From an uncultured Candidatus Saccharibacteria bacterium (lineage in GTDB: Bacteria; Patescibacteriota; Minisyncoccia; Portnoybacterales; UBA2143), in the NCBI GenBank assembly GCA_964413015.1, contig CAYPQZ010000006.1, forward strand, positions 74,415 to 138,414: a stretch of DNA of 64,000 bases, read 5' to 3'. The position numbers and the translations under genes were made by a program. Under the pieces are notes generated by a model. The model was not told the DNA's origin. It did not search any database and saw nothing but the letters and a program-made list of their open reading frames with translations. Below are positions 39,936-49,033 of this stretch, in pieces. The stretch's first letter is position 1. Each line of letters begins with the position of its first letter.

Positions 39936-41642
39936 GTGGGAAAATGGCCGACTGGCAAACAATGGACACGTTTTTTTAAAATTCTCACTTTTCGGGAACG
40001 CTGGATAGTCAGAAGCTTGATTTTTATCATTCTTGGCTCCTGTTTAACGTTGCTGATTCTCTTTTATCTTGAGAACACAATTATTGAACCTAGGATAGGC
40101 GGCGAATATCGGGAAGGCATTTTTGGTCAGCCAAGATATATTAACCCAGTCTTATCCCAGACGAACGATACTGACCGCGATCTGGTCCAGCTGATTTACT
40201 CAAGTTTGTTCAAATACGACAACCAAGGCAACCTTATCACCGACTTGGCCGAAAGATATGAAATCGGAGAAGAAGGTCTAGTTTACACTGTTTTTTTGAA
40301 AGAAAACGTTTATTGGCATAACGGAGAAAAATTTTCAGCTGATGATGTCATTTTTACCATTAAAACCATTCAGGACCCCGAATACAACAGTCCGCTAAGA
40401 AATATTTGGTTAGGAGTGGAAATTGAAAAAATTGATGAATTTACTGTTTCTTTTAAATTAAGCAGTATTTACGCTAATTTTCTCCACAATTTAACTGTTG
40501 GAATTTTGCCTAAGCATCTTTGGGCCGGTATTTCCGGACAGAATTTTCCTTTAGCGGTCTACAACCTCAAACCCATCGGTTCTGGTCCCTACAAATTCGA
40601 GGAATTTGCTAAAAATGAAGAAGGGCAAATTGAATCAATGGAATTAACTTACAACGAAAACTTTTATCTGTTATTTAAAGACAGGATCCAAGGCCCGTTT
40701 ATTAAAAAAATTATCTTTAAATTTTACAACAGTCAAGAATCGTTAACTAAAGCTTATCAACAAAGACAAATTGATGGATTGAGTTCTTTATCAACGTCCA
40801 ATCAGTCAAAAATCAGAAATAACCTTACCATTTACGAAATTAAGATGCCCATCTACTATGCTGTTTTCTTCAATCAGAATAAAAGCAAAGCTCTGGCTGA
40901 CAAGACTGTTCGAATGGCTTTAGCTTATGCAATTAATAAGGAAAAAATAATTGACGAAGTTCTTAACGGCAAAGGAACTCGGGTTGATTCACCTTTGCTG
41001 CCAAACTGGCCTAATTGCGCTTTGGAAACAAATATTTACGAGTTTGCCTTAGAGCACGCCCAGAATATTTTAGAAGCTGAGGGCTGGGTGGATTCGGACA
41101 ACGATAATATCAGAGAAAAGGAAGAAACCAAGCTTGAAATAGAAATGTTGGTTACTGATTGGTCTGAAATAAGAAGGACCGCTGAATTAATCAGAGAACA
41201 ATGGGAGAAAATCGGGGTTAAAATCAATTTAAAAATAGTTGAAGCGTCCGTTATTCAAAAGGATTATATCCGGCCTCGGGAATACCAAGCTCTTCTTTTC
41301 GGAGAAATTCTCGGCGCTGACCCGGACCCGTTCGCCTTTTGGCATTCCTCGCAAAAAAAAGACCCGGGCCTAAATCTATCCCTCTATCAAAACAAAGAAG
41401 TTGACAAACTGCTCCAAGATGCCCGGCAAACACTTGACCAGACCGTCCGCCAGGAAAAATACGCCGAATTTCAGAAGCTGTTGATTGAAGATATTCCCTG
41501 CATTTTTCTCTACAGCCCTAGCTACATTTACCCGGTTAATAAAAAAGTAAAAGGGATTTCCATAGAAAAAATGACTGAACCATCCCAAAGATTTTCTCAA
41601 GTAGAAAATTGGTACATCAAAACAAAAAGAATCTGGAAATAA
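39936..41642 (+). CDS. ABC transporter substrate-binding protein, family 5 (peptide/nickel)
   Basis: N-terminal anchor and an SBP_bac_5 fold with OppA/DppA-like patterns. Confidence 0.8.
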   Translation: MGKWPTGKQWTRFFKILTFRERWIVRSLIFIILGSCLTLLILFYLENTIIEPRIGGEYREGIFGQPRYINPVLSQTNDTDRDLVQLIYSSLFKYDNQGNLITDLAERYEIGEEGLVYTVFLKENVYWHNGEKFSADDVIFTIKTIQDPEYNSPLRNIWLGVEIEKIDEFTVSFKLSSIYANFLHNLTVGILPKHLWAGISGQNFPLAVYNLKPIGSGPYKFEEFAKNEEGQIESMELTYNENFYLLFKDRIQGPFIKKIIFKFYNSQESLTKAYQQRQIDGLSSLSTSNQSKIRNNLTIYEIKMPIYYAVFFNQNKSKALADKTVRMALAYAINKEKIIDEVLNGKGTRVDSPLLPNWPNCALETNIYEFALEHAQNILEAEGWVDSDNDNIREKEETKLEIEMLVTDWSEIRRTAELIREQWEKIGVKINLKIVEASVIQKDYIRPREYQALLFGEILGADPDPFAFWHSSQKKDPGLNLSLYQNKEVDKLLQDARQTLDQTVRQEKYAEFQKLLIEDIPCIFLYSPSYIYPVNKKVKGISIEKMTEPSQRFSQVENWYIKTKRIWK

Positions 41643-41644
41643 TT

Positions 41645-42361
41645 ATGAATCTAGAAAAAATTAAGCCGAATATCCGTTATCTGCTGGATATGAAAAAACT
41701 TCTTTTTGACCAGCCTTGGGCTGAAACAGCCCCCGATTTAGAGCTTTACTATATGTACCGTGACTTAGCAGAGAACGAGAAAGACAGAGAAGTCATAGCT
41801 AAAAATGGATTAAGATATGACATTACAGTAATGCCCTTTATTATGTTGGGCCGGGAATACAACAAAACAGCCGGTCATGATCATCCGTTGGTTCCTAAAA
41901 CCAATTTAACCTATCCAGAAATTTATGAAATTTTAGAAGGAGAAGCTGTTTTCCTTTTTCAGGATTCTCATGGAGACGAAATCAAGGATGTTTACGCGAT
42001 TCAGGCTAAAAAAAACGACAAAGTCATTGTTCCGCCTAATTACGAACATTTGATGATAAACATTTCCGTAGAAAAGCTAAAAACCGCCAATTGGGTTTGT
42101 CGGGAATTTGAATTCAATATTTACAAACCCTTCAGACAAAAACACGGATTTTGTTATTTTGCCCTTAAGAATGGCTCGCAGGAAATAGAATGGGTTAAAA
42201 ACAAAAATTATAGCTCAATTCCTGATTTAAGATTTTTAGAGCCGAATCAATGGTTGGAAAGGTTCAATATAGATGCCAAGAAAGACCTCTACTCCCTAAT
42301 TGAGAACTTAAAAAAACTGGATTTTCTTAAGAATCCGGAAATGCTCAAGGATTTAAAATAA
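41645..42361 (+). CDS. Cupin-type glucose-6-phosphate isomerase (cPGI-like)
   Basis: Cupin with TAGHDHP...PEIYEILEGEA..L.Q as in archaeal cPGI. The start is taken at MNLEKIKP, right after the upstream stop. Confidence 0.5.
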   Translation: MNLEKIKPNIRYLLDMKKLLFDQPWAETAPDLELYYMYRDLAENEKDREVIAKNGLRYDITVMPFIMLGREYNKTAGHDHPLVPKTNLTYPEIYEILEGEAVFLFQDSHGDEIKDVYAIQAKKNDKVIVPPNYEHLMINISVEKLKTANWVCREFEFNIYKPFRQKHGFCYFALKNGSQEIEWVKNKNYSSIPDLRFLEPNQWLERFNIDAKKDLYSLIENLKKLDFLKNPEMLKDLK

Positions 42362-42402
42362 AAAAGCCCTTAGATTTACTCCAAATAGGGCTTTAATGAA
42401 AA

Positions 42403-42651
42403 TTATTCTTTAGCATCGCCGCCTATATTTATAGGCTCATAGGCGACTATTTTATATGCTCCTTTATCCTTGTCGGTAACTGCAAATATCTTTGGTATTG
42501 TTTTTCGGTTGGCTCCCTTAATATTATACAACCTTATTTCTGCAGTCGGGCTATCTTTGCGAAGAAGCATAAAAGAAGAATCAAGCTCTTCAATTTCTCC
42601 TTCCTGGAAATAAATATTATTGATCTTAAGTTCAGTAATTGGATTTTTCAT
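42403..42651 (-). CDS. Hypothetical small protein
   Basis: 82-aa ORF with no recognisable motif. Confidence 0.3.
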   Translation of the reverse strand: MKNPITELKINNIYFQEGEIEELDSSFMLLRKDSPTAEIRLYNIKGANRKTIPKIFAVTDKDKGAYKIVAYEPINIGGDAKE

Positions 42652-42728
42652 TTTTCTTCTCCTCTAAGATTTAAATTTAAAGAACTAAATATAATCTACT
42701 CTATAATTTTTAATTAATCAAGGGCGAG

Positions 42729-42856
42729 CCCCGTAGAGAAATTTTGAAACATTCGCCTAGGCGAATAATAAACGGGGTAAAAAATAAGTACACGAATAAA
42801 AAGAGTTCCGAATAATTAAAAATTAGTGAATTTAAATTCAAAATTCTTCTACGGGG
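42729..42856. repeat. Family-B element (TIR ccccgtagagaaattttgaa ... ttcaaaattcttctacgggg)
   Basis: About 128 bp. The right TIR overlaps the first 3 nt of tRNA-Leu. gggcgag is found on both flanks. Confidence 0.8.
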
Positions 42857-42936
42857 CGAGTGGTGAAATGGCAAACACGCTAGCTTCAGGAGCTAGTGGA
42901 GGCAACTCCTTGCGGGTTCAAATCCCGCCTCGCCCA
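42854..42936 (+). tRNA. tRNA-Leu (anticodon CAG), long variable arm
   Basis: Acceptor GGGCGAG/CTCGCCC, anticodon arm CTAGC-TTCAGGA-GCTAG, variable arm TGGAGGCAACTCCTT, T-arm GCGGG-TTCAAAT-CCCGC. Confidence 0.85.
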
Positions 42937-43011
42937 CGCGTTTTTTATCCAAAACTTGTTTTGGGTATAAAAAACAGTGTCCGCCTCTGTCGGACTATAA
43001 ACAGCAACTTT

Positions 43012-44685
43012 ATGACAACAACACAAAATCTAAAAATTATCCCCTTGGGAGGTTTGGAAGAAGTCGGCCGGAATATGACAGTTTTTGAATATGGCCAGGA
43101 CATCATCATTGTTGATATGGGCCTACAGTTTCCCGGAGAAGCTATGCCCGGCATTGACTACATTATTCCCAATACCGCCTATCTTAAGGATAAGAAAGAT
43201 AAAATCCGCGGGGTAATTATTACCCACGGGCACTATGACCACATCGGAGCGATCCCCCATTCTATAGGACGTTTAGGCAATCCGCCTATTTACGCAACTG
43301 CCTTAACCAAAGGGATAATTCTCAAAAGACAGGACGATTTCCCTGACGCGCCGAAATTAGATATCCACCAAATTGAAAAGACTGACAAAATAAAGCTGGG
43401 TTGTTTTAACATTGAATTTTTTCATGTTAATCATAATATCCCCGGCGGAGTTGGCTTGGTTATTGGAACTCCAATCGGGAAAATTGTCCATACTGGAGAT
43501 TTTAAATTTGACCACAGTCCGATTGGCGATGAACCGGCTGACATTTCGCGCATTAGCGAAATATCTAATAGCGGTATCTTGGCTTTAATGTCTGACAGCT
43601 GTAATGCTGAAAAACCAGGCCATTCTATTTCCGAGAAAGATATTCAGGATAATCTGGAAAAAATATTCAAAGAATCATCCGGCCGAATTATTATCGCTAC
43701 CTTTGCTTCTTTAATAAGCCGAATTCAGGAAGTAATCAATCTGGCTGAGAAATACGGCCGGAAAGTAGCCATTGATGGATACAGTATGAAAATGAACACC
43801 CAGATCGCCAAAAAATTGGGATATATTAAAACTGAAAAAGGAACTTTGATAAAAATAAGCCAAGTAGACAATTACCCTAACAAGGAAATAGTCATTCTGT
43901 GCACCGGCGCTCAAGGCGAAGGAAACGCCGTACTAATGAGAATCGTTAATAAAGAGCACCGTCATGTTCAAATTAAGAAAGGCGATGTAGCAGTTTTCTC
44001 ATCATCAGTTGTTCCAGGCAACGAAAGGACGGTCCAAAATCTTAAAGATATTATCTGGAGGCAGGGCGCCCGGGTTTATCATTATCAAATGATGGACATT
44101 CATGCCGGTGGACATGCCCAGGCGGAAGACCTTAAAATGATGATTAACCTAGTCAGGCCTAAATTCTTCATTCCGGTCCACGGCAGCTACTATATGCTTA
44201 AACTGCACGGAGAAATAGCTGAAAGCGTAGGTATTAGCGAAAAGAATATTATTATTGCCGGCAATGGCAACGTTATTTCCGCCAATAAGGATACGCTTAA
44301 GTTGACTGACGAAAAAGTTCCGGCTAACTATGTTATGGTTGACGGATTAGGAGTCGGCGACGTCGGCCAAGTTGTTTTGCGCGACCGGCAGACAATGGCC
44401 GAAGAAGGCATGTTTGTGATTATTGCCACTATTGACAGCAAAACCGGCAAAGTCCAAGGAGAACCCGATATTATTTCCCGCGGCTTTGTCTATTTAAGAG
44501 AATCGAAAGAGCTTCTTTATCAAACAAGAGAAAAAGTCAAAAAGATTGTTGAACAGGCGTCTTCAGACGAGCATACGGTAAACTGGAGTTATGTTAAGGA
44601 TAATATACGTGACAAAATTGGACAATTCCTTTATACTAAAACACAGAGAAGGCCTATGGTCTTACCGGTAGTAATTGAAATTTAG
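43012..44685 (+). CDS. rnj: Ribonuclease J
   Basis: Metallo-beta-lactamase HGHYDH, beta-CASP and C-terminal domains. The start is taken at MTTTQNLKIIPLGG. The track ORF N-terminal extension overlaps the tRNA and is rejected. Confidence 0.9.
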   Translation: MTTTQNLKIIPLGGLEEVGRNMTVFEYGQDIIIVDMGLQFPGEAMPGIDYIIPNTAYLKDKKDKIRGVIITHGHYDHIGAIPHSIGRLGNPPIYATALTKGIILKRQDDFPDAPKLDIHQIEKTDKIKLGCFNIEFFHVNHNIPGGVGLVIGTPIGKIVHTGDFKFDHSPIGDEPADISRISEISNSGILALMSDSCNAEKPGHSISEKDIQDNLEKIFKESSGRIIIATFASLISRIQEVINLAEKYGRKVAIDGYSMKMNTQIAKKLGYIKTEKGTLIKISQVDNYPNKEIVILCTGAQGEGNAVLMRIVNKEHRHVQIKKGDVAVFSSSVVPGNERTVQNLKDIIWRQGARVYHYQMMDIHAGGHAQAEDLKMMINLVRPKFFIPVHGSYYMLKLHGEIAESVGISEKNIIIAGNGNVISANKDTLKLTDEKVPANYVMVDGLGVGDVGQVVLRDRQTMAEEGMFVIIATIDSKTGKVQGEPDIISRGFVYLRESKELLYQTREKVKKIVEQASSDEHTVNWSYVKDNIRDKIGQFLYTKTQRRPMVLPVVIEI

Positions 44686-44706
44686 TTCTTTATTAAAACT
44701 GAATAT

Positions 44707-45387
44707 ATGGAGGGAAAGGTCGAAAATAATCCACAAAGAAAGGAAATATCTATGTTAGACAAAAAAGAAAAAGGTGGAGAATCCCCATTAGACAGCGGCC
44801 CCCAATTTAGCTTTGAGGATAAAAATAGCAAAGGATGGATTAAGCGATACGGCAGTTCAGTTATTCTACCAGTAATCGCCCTTTTAATTTTAGCCGGCGG
44901 CATATATTTGTACGCTAATCAGAAAAGCCGGGACGAGTCGTTTTTACCGTCATCAGAACAAGAGCTTACGGCTGACCTGCAGGGGGAAATAGACGCTTTG
45001 AATCAAGAGATGGAACAGAATGGGCAAATTACCCAATTAGAATCAGAAGAAGAGTTAGATAACCAAGTTATTGAAATTATTCCGGCCGGACGTAAAGAAA
45101 ACGATTCAATTGTGGAAAAAGCGGTTGCCGGAAACGGGGTAACTCATTTAGCCCGTCGAGCACTTAAAGATTACCTTAATGATAAACCTCAAGAGATGAC
45201 CAATGAGCATAAGATCTATATTGAGGATTATCTTAAAGACGAGATTGGTTCTCATCCGCTGAATATTGGAGATGAAATCGCCTTTTCCGAAGATTTGATA
45301 AAAGAAGCCATTGACGCTTCTATGCAATTAACTCCGGAACAACTAAAGAATCTTGAAAAATACAGCGCTTTAGTTGTCTCTTGGTAA
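44707..45387 (+). CDS. Hypothetical membrane-anchored protein
   Basis: Single TM helix followed by an acidic region. A rho-independent terminator lies at 45424..45452. Confidence 0.35.
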   Translation: MEGKVENNPQRKEISMLDKKEKGGESPLDSGPQFSFEDKNSKGWIKRYGSSVILPVIALLILAGGIYLYANQKSRDESFLPSSEQELTADLQGEIDALNQEMEQNGQITQLESEEELDNQVIEIIPAGRKENDSIVEKAVAGNGVTHLARRALKDYLNDKPQEMTNEHKIYIEDYLKDEIGSHPLNIGDEIAFSEDLIKEAIDASMQLTPEQLKNLEKYSALVVSW

Positions 45388-45462
45388 AATCTCAGTTCTT
45401 TATTTTAATTAATCTAAAAATCATAAAAGTCCCGGACGAACGGGGCTTTTATGATTAAAAAA

Positions 45463-45580
45463 AAGACAGTCCTTAAAATGATGTCCCTTGAGCACAAAGG
45501 CGTCATTTTAAAGACTGTCCTTATCAGTTTCCCCTTGTCAAAATTTAAATCCTTAAATTTTTAAACTGTCCTTTAACTAA
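45463..45580. repeat. Family-A repeat (R-hairpin plus spacer and short end module)
   Basis: gacagtccttaaaatgatgtcccttgagcacaaaggcgtcattttaaagactgtcctt...ccccttgtcaaaatttaaatccttaaatttttaaactgtccttt. Confidence 0.85.
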
Positions 45581-45581
45581 C

Positions 45582-46889
45582 TTAATCGAAGTACTGCTCT
45601 TGGAAATTGGCGGTTAATTGGATTACGTAATCAGTCACCTTGCTGTATACCCAGCGGCTGTAATATCCGCCGCCTAAGTATTTAGCATAAGCAGTTCTTT
45701 CTCCTATTTCATTCTTCTGGGTAGCTCCGCCATTAGCTAATTTAATAGCCGCCGCCATAAAAGCATCCTGATGATTCCAAGGGCTAGGAGGATTATGCCC
45801 GGTTAAAGAAGCTACTTGGTCTCGATAGGCTAACCAGGTAGTCGGCATAAATTGGGCTATTCCCATGGCTCCGCCGCAACCATACCAAGGTTCAGCCGAA
45901 ACTGGCTGTGAGTCAGGATTAATCCCCAATTCATGGCAAATCTGCAAAAAAGCGGTTTTTTCCTTCTCGGCCCTAGTAAGATAGCCTAGGCTCTGGTAAC
46001 ACTGGTACATATCTTTCTTCCAATTGCCAGTCCCAACATTAAGGCCTAAACGCGATTCAGCCTCTAAAACTCCCAATAGAAAAGCCGGCCTAATGCCGGT
46101 TTTAGATGCAGCCAAAACAGCATACTGGATGGCTTCATCTTTATCAGCTAAAAATGAAATCTGTTCGGCGATATTCAGAATTGCGCTTTCAGCATTTTTA
46201 ATTAATTGCTGGAATCGATACTCTTCACCTTTGGTCTGTTCTAATAAATCTTCTTTTTGCCATTGTTTGTTTTCGACGGTTCTTTTTTGAATTAATTGAA
46301 GCGATTTTAGACGATTTTGCTCTTCTCTTTCGCTTTCCAGTTCGTCTCTTTTATCTTTAAATTCACTTTTTAACTCATGGACATAAACTAAAATGCCCTG
46401 GGTTTGCTCTTGGACGTTTTCCAAAGCGCTGAGCTGGTTAAAAAAATCAGAAAATTTATCGTTTCTTAAAGCCATTTCTAAAAGAGTATACTGGTCGTAC
46501 AAAGCGACCATCCGGATATATTCAGCTAAAAGATCTTTTTTTTGGTCTATCTGCTTGTTTAATTCATTAATCTCAACATCTATTTCTTGAATATTAAAAG
46601 TGCTTTGCTGAATAACCAAATCTAGCTGCCTGGCCTCAATCTGAATTTGGCTAATTTGGTCCTCCAAAATCTCAATTTCATTTGAAAGAGTCCTTTCTTT
46701 ATGTTTGTTTTCCTGAATTTTCTGCTGGTACTGATTAATTTCCTGTTGTTTTTGCTTAATTTGATTTTCTAAATCCTCCTTAATTTCATCAAAATTAGCA
46801 GCTTGGGTGATAAAAGGAGCTGAGAGAAGAATTAATAGTAAAATAGTTATTGAACAAAGATTATAGCCAGTTTTTATCTTCTGGTTCAT
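45582..46889 (-). CDS. PcsB/EnvC-like coiled-coil protein with C-terminal lytic transglycosylase (SLT) domain
   Basis: Signal peptide and a coiled coil homologous to that of 12279..13559. The SLT motifs are LEAESRLG and MGIAQFMPTTW. Confidence 0.65.
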   Translation of the reverse strand: MNQKIKTGYNLCSITILLLILLSAPFITQAANFDEIKEDLENQIKQKQQEINQYQQKIQENKHKERTLSNEIEILEDQISQIQIEARQLDLVIQQSTFNIQEIDVEINELNKQIDQKKDLLAEYIRMVALYDQYTLLEMALRNDKFSDFFNQLSALENVQEQTQGILVYVHELKSEFKDKRDELESEREEQNRLKSLQLIQKRTVENKQWQKEDLLEQTKGEEYRFQQLIKNAESAILNIAEQISFLADKDEAIQYAVLAASKTGIRPAFLLGVLEAESRLGLNVGTGNWKKDMYQCYQSLGYLTRAEKEKTAFLQICHELGINPDSQPVSAEPWYGCGGAMGIAQFMPTTWLAYRDQVASLTGHNPPSPWNHQDAFMAAAIKLANGGATQKNEIGERTAYAKYLGGGYYSRWVYSKVTDYVIQLTANFQEQYFD

Positions 46890-46894
46890 TTTTT

Positions 46895-47608
46895 TTATTC
46901 TTCTTTCCCGATGCCTTCAGGTTGGGGCCTCGATTTTAGATCGGGGCTTTCTTCGTCTCTGGCCTCTTCCCTCTTTTCCTCCTCAACCTGTTCAATTTCT
47001 TCAACCGGCGCCTCTTCAAGTTCTTCCAATTCAGCCTTGGTTCTAGGCGGAACAACCGAAGCAACTACTTCTTTATCTTCGGCTGTTATTTCTGCTCTTG
47101 CCGGAATCTTTAAATCTTTAACATAGATGTTGTCGTCAAAGGTTTTTAAACAAGAAATATCCACTTCAATTTCTCGAGGCAAATCCAGCGGCAAGGCTTT
47201 TACTTCAATTGAGTTAAAGTTCTTAATCAACACGCCGCCTTCACGGTCAACTGCCAACGATTTACCATTAAAAACTAGAGGAACTTCCGTAGTAATCGGT
47301 TCATCCATTTTAACCTGGTAAAAATCAACGTGGATAATTTTGTCGCTAACCGGATCTTTATCAAGGCTGTGAATTAAAACTATCCTTTCTTTTTTGCCTG
47401 CTGTAGATTCTCCTCTCTCCAGATCAAGCTTGATTAAAGCGCTTTCCCCGGCTTTTTGATAAACTTTTTTAAAATCTTTTTGTTTTATCGATAAAAGCAA
47501 GTTTTTCACTTTATGCCCATACAAAATAGCCGGAATTATGCCTTGCTTCCGAATTTGCTTATTCTGACGGCCGGTCGCTGACCGCAACTGAGCTAATAGT
47601 TCTAACAT
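46895..47608 (-). CDS. rplY: 50S ribosomal protein L25 / general stress protein Ctc
   Basis: LRSATGRQNKQIRKQGIIPAILYG, with an acidic C-terminal extension. Confidence 0.85.
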   Translation of the reverse strand: MLELLAQLRSATGRQNKQIRKQGIIPAILYGHKVKNLLLSIKQKDFKKVYQKAGESALIKLDLERGESTAGKKERIVLIHSLDKDPVSDKIIHVDFYQVKMDEPITTEVPLVFNGKSLAVDREGGVLIKNFNSIEVKALPLDLPREIEVDISCLKTFDDNIYVKDLKIPARAEITAEDKEVVASVVPPRTKAELEELEEAPVEEIEQVEEEKREEARDEESPDLKSRPQPEGIGKEE

Positions 47609-47659
47609 ATTGACTATTCTAACTAAAAAACCACCTCGGGTCAAGGATTCAGCATAATT

Positions 47660-47826
47660 AAAGGACAGTCCTTAAAATGATGTCCCTTGAGCACAAGGGC
47701 GTCATTTTAAAGACTGTCCTTATCTGCTCCCCTTTGTCAAAATTTAAGGAGTCGTCCTTTCAAACACGCCCTTCGCAATTCTGCAAAGGGACGTGACTCT
47801 CAATGACAATCCTTAAATTTTTTAAT
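47660..47826. repeat. Family-A modular repeat, full copy in inverted orientation (R hairpin ... L-module)
   Basis: aaggacagtccttaaaatgatgtcccttgagcacaagggcgtcattttaaagactgtcctt...tcaaaatttaaggagtcgtcctttc...gacgtgactctcaatgacaatccttaaatttt. Confidence 0.85.
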
Positions 47827-47831
47827 GAACC

Positions 47832-48020
47832 TTACTCTTCCTTCTCAATCGCCTGAACTGGACAGATGTCTATAGCTTCTTGGACGCATTGGTCGTCTGC
47901 ATCTTCTTTCCCCTCTTTAATATGCGCTTTATTTTCGTTATCCATTTCAAAAACATCCGGGCAAACAGCTGTACAGCTGCCACAACCAAGACATTTTTCT
48001 TTGTCTATTTTTATACTCAT
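47832..48020 (-). CDS. 4Fe-4S ferredoxin (single-cluster type)
   Basis: CLGCGSCTAVCP...C pattern in a 62-aa protein. Confidence 0.7.
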   Translation of the reverse strand: MSIKIDKEKCLGCGSCTAVCPDVFEMDNENKAHIKEGKEDADDQCVQEAIDICPVQAIEKEE

Positions 48021-48022
48021 AC

Positions 48023-48158
48023 ACCGTAGAAGAATTTTGAATTTTAATCAATAACATTGATTAATAATCTAAGATTCTTCCTTATTTAATTATTCCTATA
48101 TACCCCGTTTTATTAAATTAAATATTTAATTTAATTATTTCAAAATTTCTCTACGGGG
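48023..48158. repeat. Family-B element (TIR caccgtagaagaattttgaa ... ttcaaaatttctctacgggg) with TCATA direct repeats on both flanks
   Basis: It fills the entire fdx-fba intergenic region. The left TCATA (48017..48021) carries the fdx start codon and the right TCATA (48159..48163) carries the fba stop codon. Confidence 0.85.
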
Positions 48159-49025
48159 TCATAATCTGTTATTGCTTTTAAATAATTTAATTTTTTCTTC
48201 AACGACCTTTTGGACCGTTTCGACTACCGACGGCATTATTTTATAAGGAGTAGTCTGTTTGGGATTCTCCTTTAGAAATTTCCTGAGCGCCTTGGCATAA
48301 GCAAGACGCAATTCCGTATTTACATTAATTTTAACGATTCCCGATTCAACAGCTTTCTGAATATCGTCTTCCGGAGTACCAGAGCCTCCATGAAGAACTA
48401 AAAAGACTTCTTTGCCTAAAACGCTATTGATTTCTTTTAGACGGTCTATGAAAAGATGAGGGTTGCCGGAAATATCATTCTTCTTAATAATTCCATGGAT
48501 ATTGCCAATAGCTATTGCTAAGCTTGTCACTCCTGTATTTTTAATAAATTCCTTGGCCTGCTTCGGCTTTGTCAAATCCTCTTCTTTGATTTCCATTGAT
48601 TCTTGCAAAGACGAACTGCCCCTTAAATAACCAATTTCACCTTCAACGTTTTGAATCCCTTTCCCCTTAGCTAAATTAACCACTTTCTTGGTCATCTTTA
48701 TGTTTTCCTCAAAGCTTAATTCTGAGCCGTCAAACTGGACAGAATCGTATCCGCTTTCAACCGCTTTTTGAATAATCTCCCATGACTTGCCGTGATCCAG
48801 ATGTAAAAAGATTGGCAAGCCGGTTTCTTTTTTGTAAACATTAATTAAAGCTCTAATCTGTCTTACTCCAATAAAATTACTTTCCCCTTGGGAAGTAGCG
48901 ACAATAACCGGACTTTCTAATTTTTGAGCAGCCTGAACAATCGCTTTCACTTGCTCTAAATTAGAGACATTAAAAGCCCCGATGGCATAATGATTAGTTT
49001 GCGCTTTTTTGAATACGTCTAACAT
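48159..49025 (-). CDS. fba: Fructose-bisphosphate aldolase class II
   Basis: Class II FBA pattern with HLDHG and VLHGGSG. Confidence 0.9.
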   Translation of the reverse strand: MLDVFKKAQTNHYAIGAFNVSNLEQVKAIVQAAQKLESPVIVATSQGESNFIGVRQIRALINVYKKETGLPIFLHLDHGKSWEIIQKAVESGYDSVQFDGSELSFEENIKMTKKVVNLAKGKGIQNVEGEIGYLRGSSSLQESMEIKEEDLTKPKQAKEFIKNTGVTSLAIAIGNIHGIIKKNDISGNPHLFIDRLKEINSVLGKEVFLVLHGGSGTPEDDIQKAVESGIVKINVNTELRLAYAKALRKFLKENPKQTTPYKIMPSVVETVQKVVEEKIKLFKSNNRL

Positions 49026-49033
49026 ATTTTTGA

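Noticed and set aside
42826-43011. N-terminal 62-codon extension of the RNase J ORF starting at GTG 42826
   Set aside because: It overlaps tRNA-Leu (42854..42936) and the family-B element. The conserved RNase J N-terminus begins at MTTTQNLKIIPLGG (ATG 43012).
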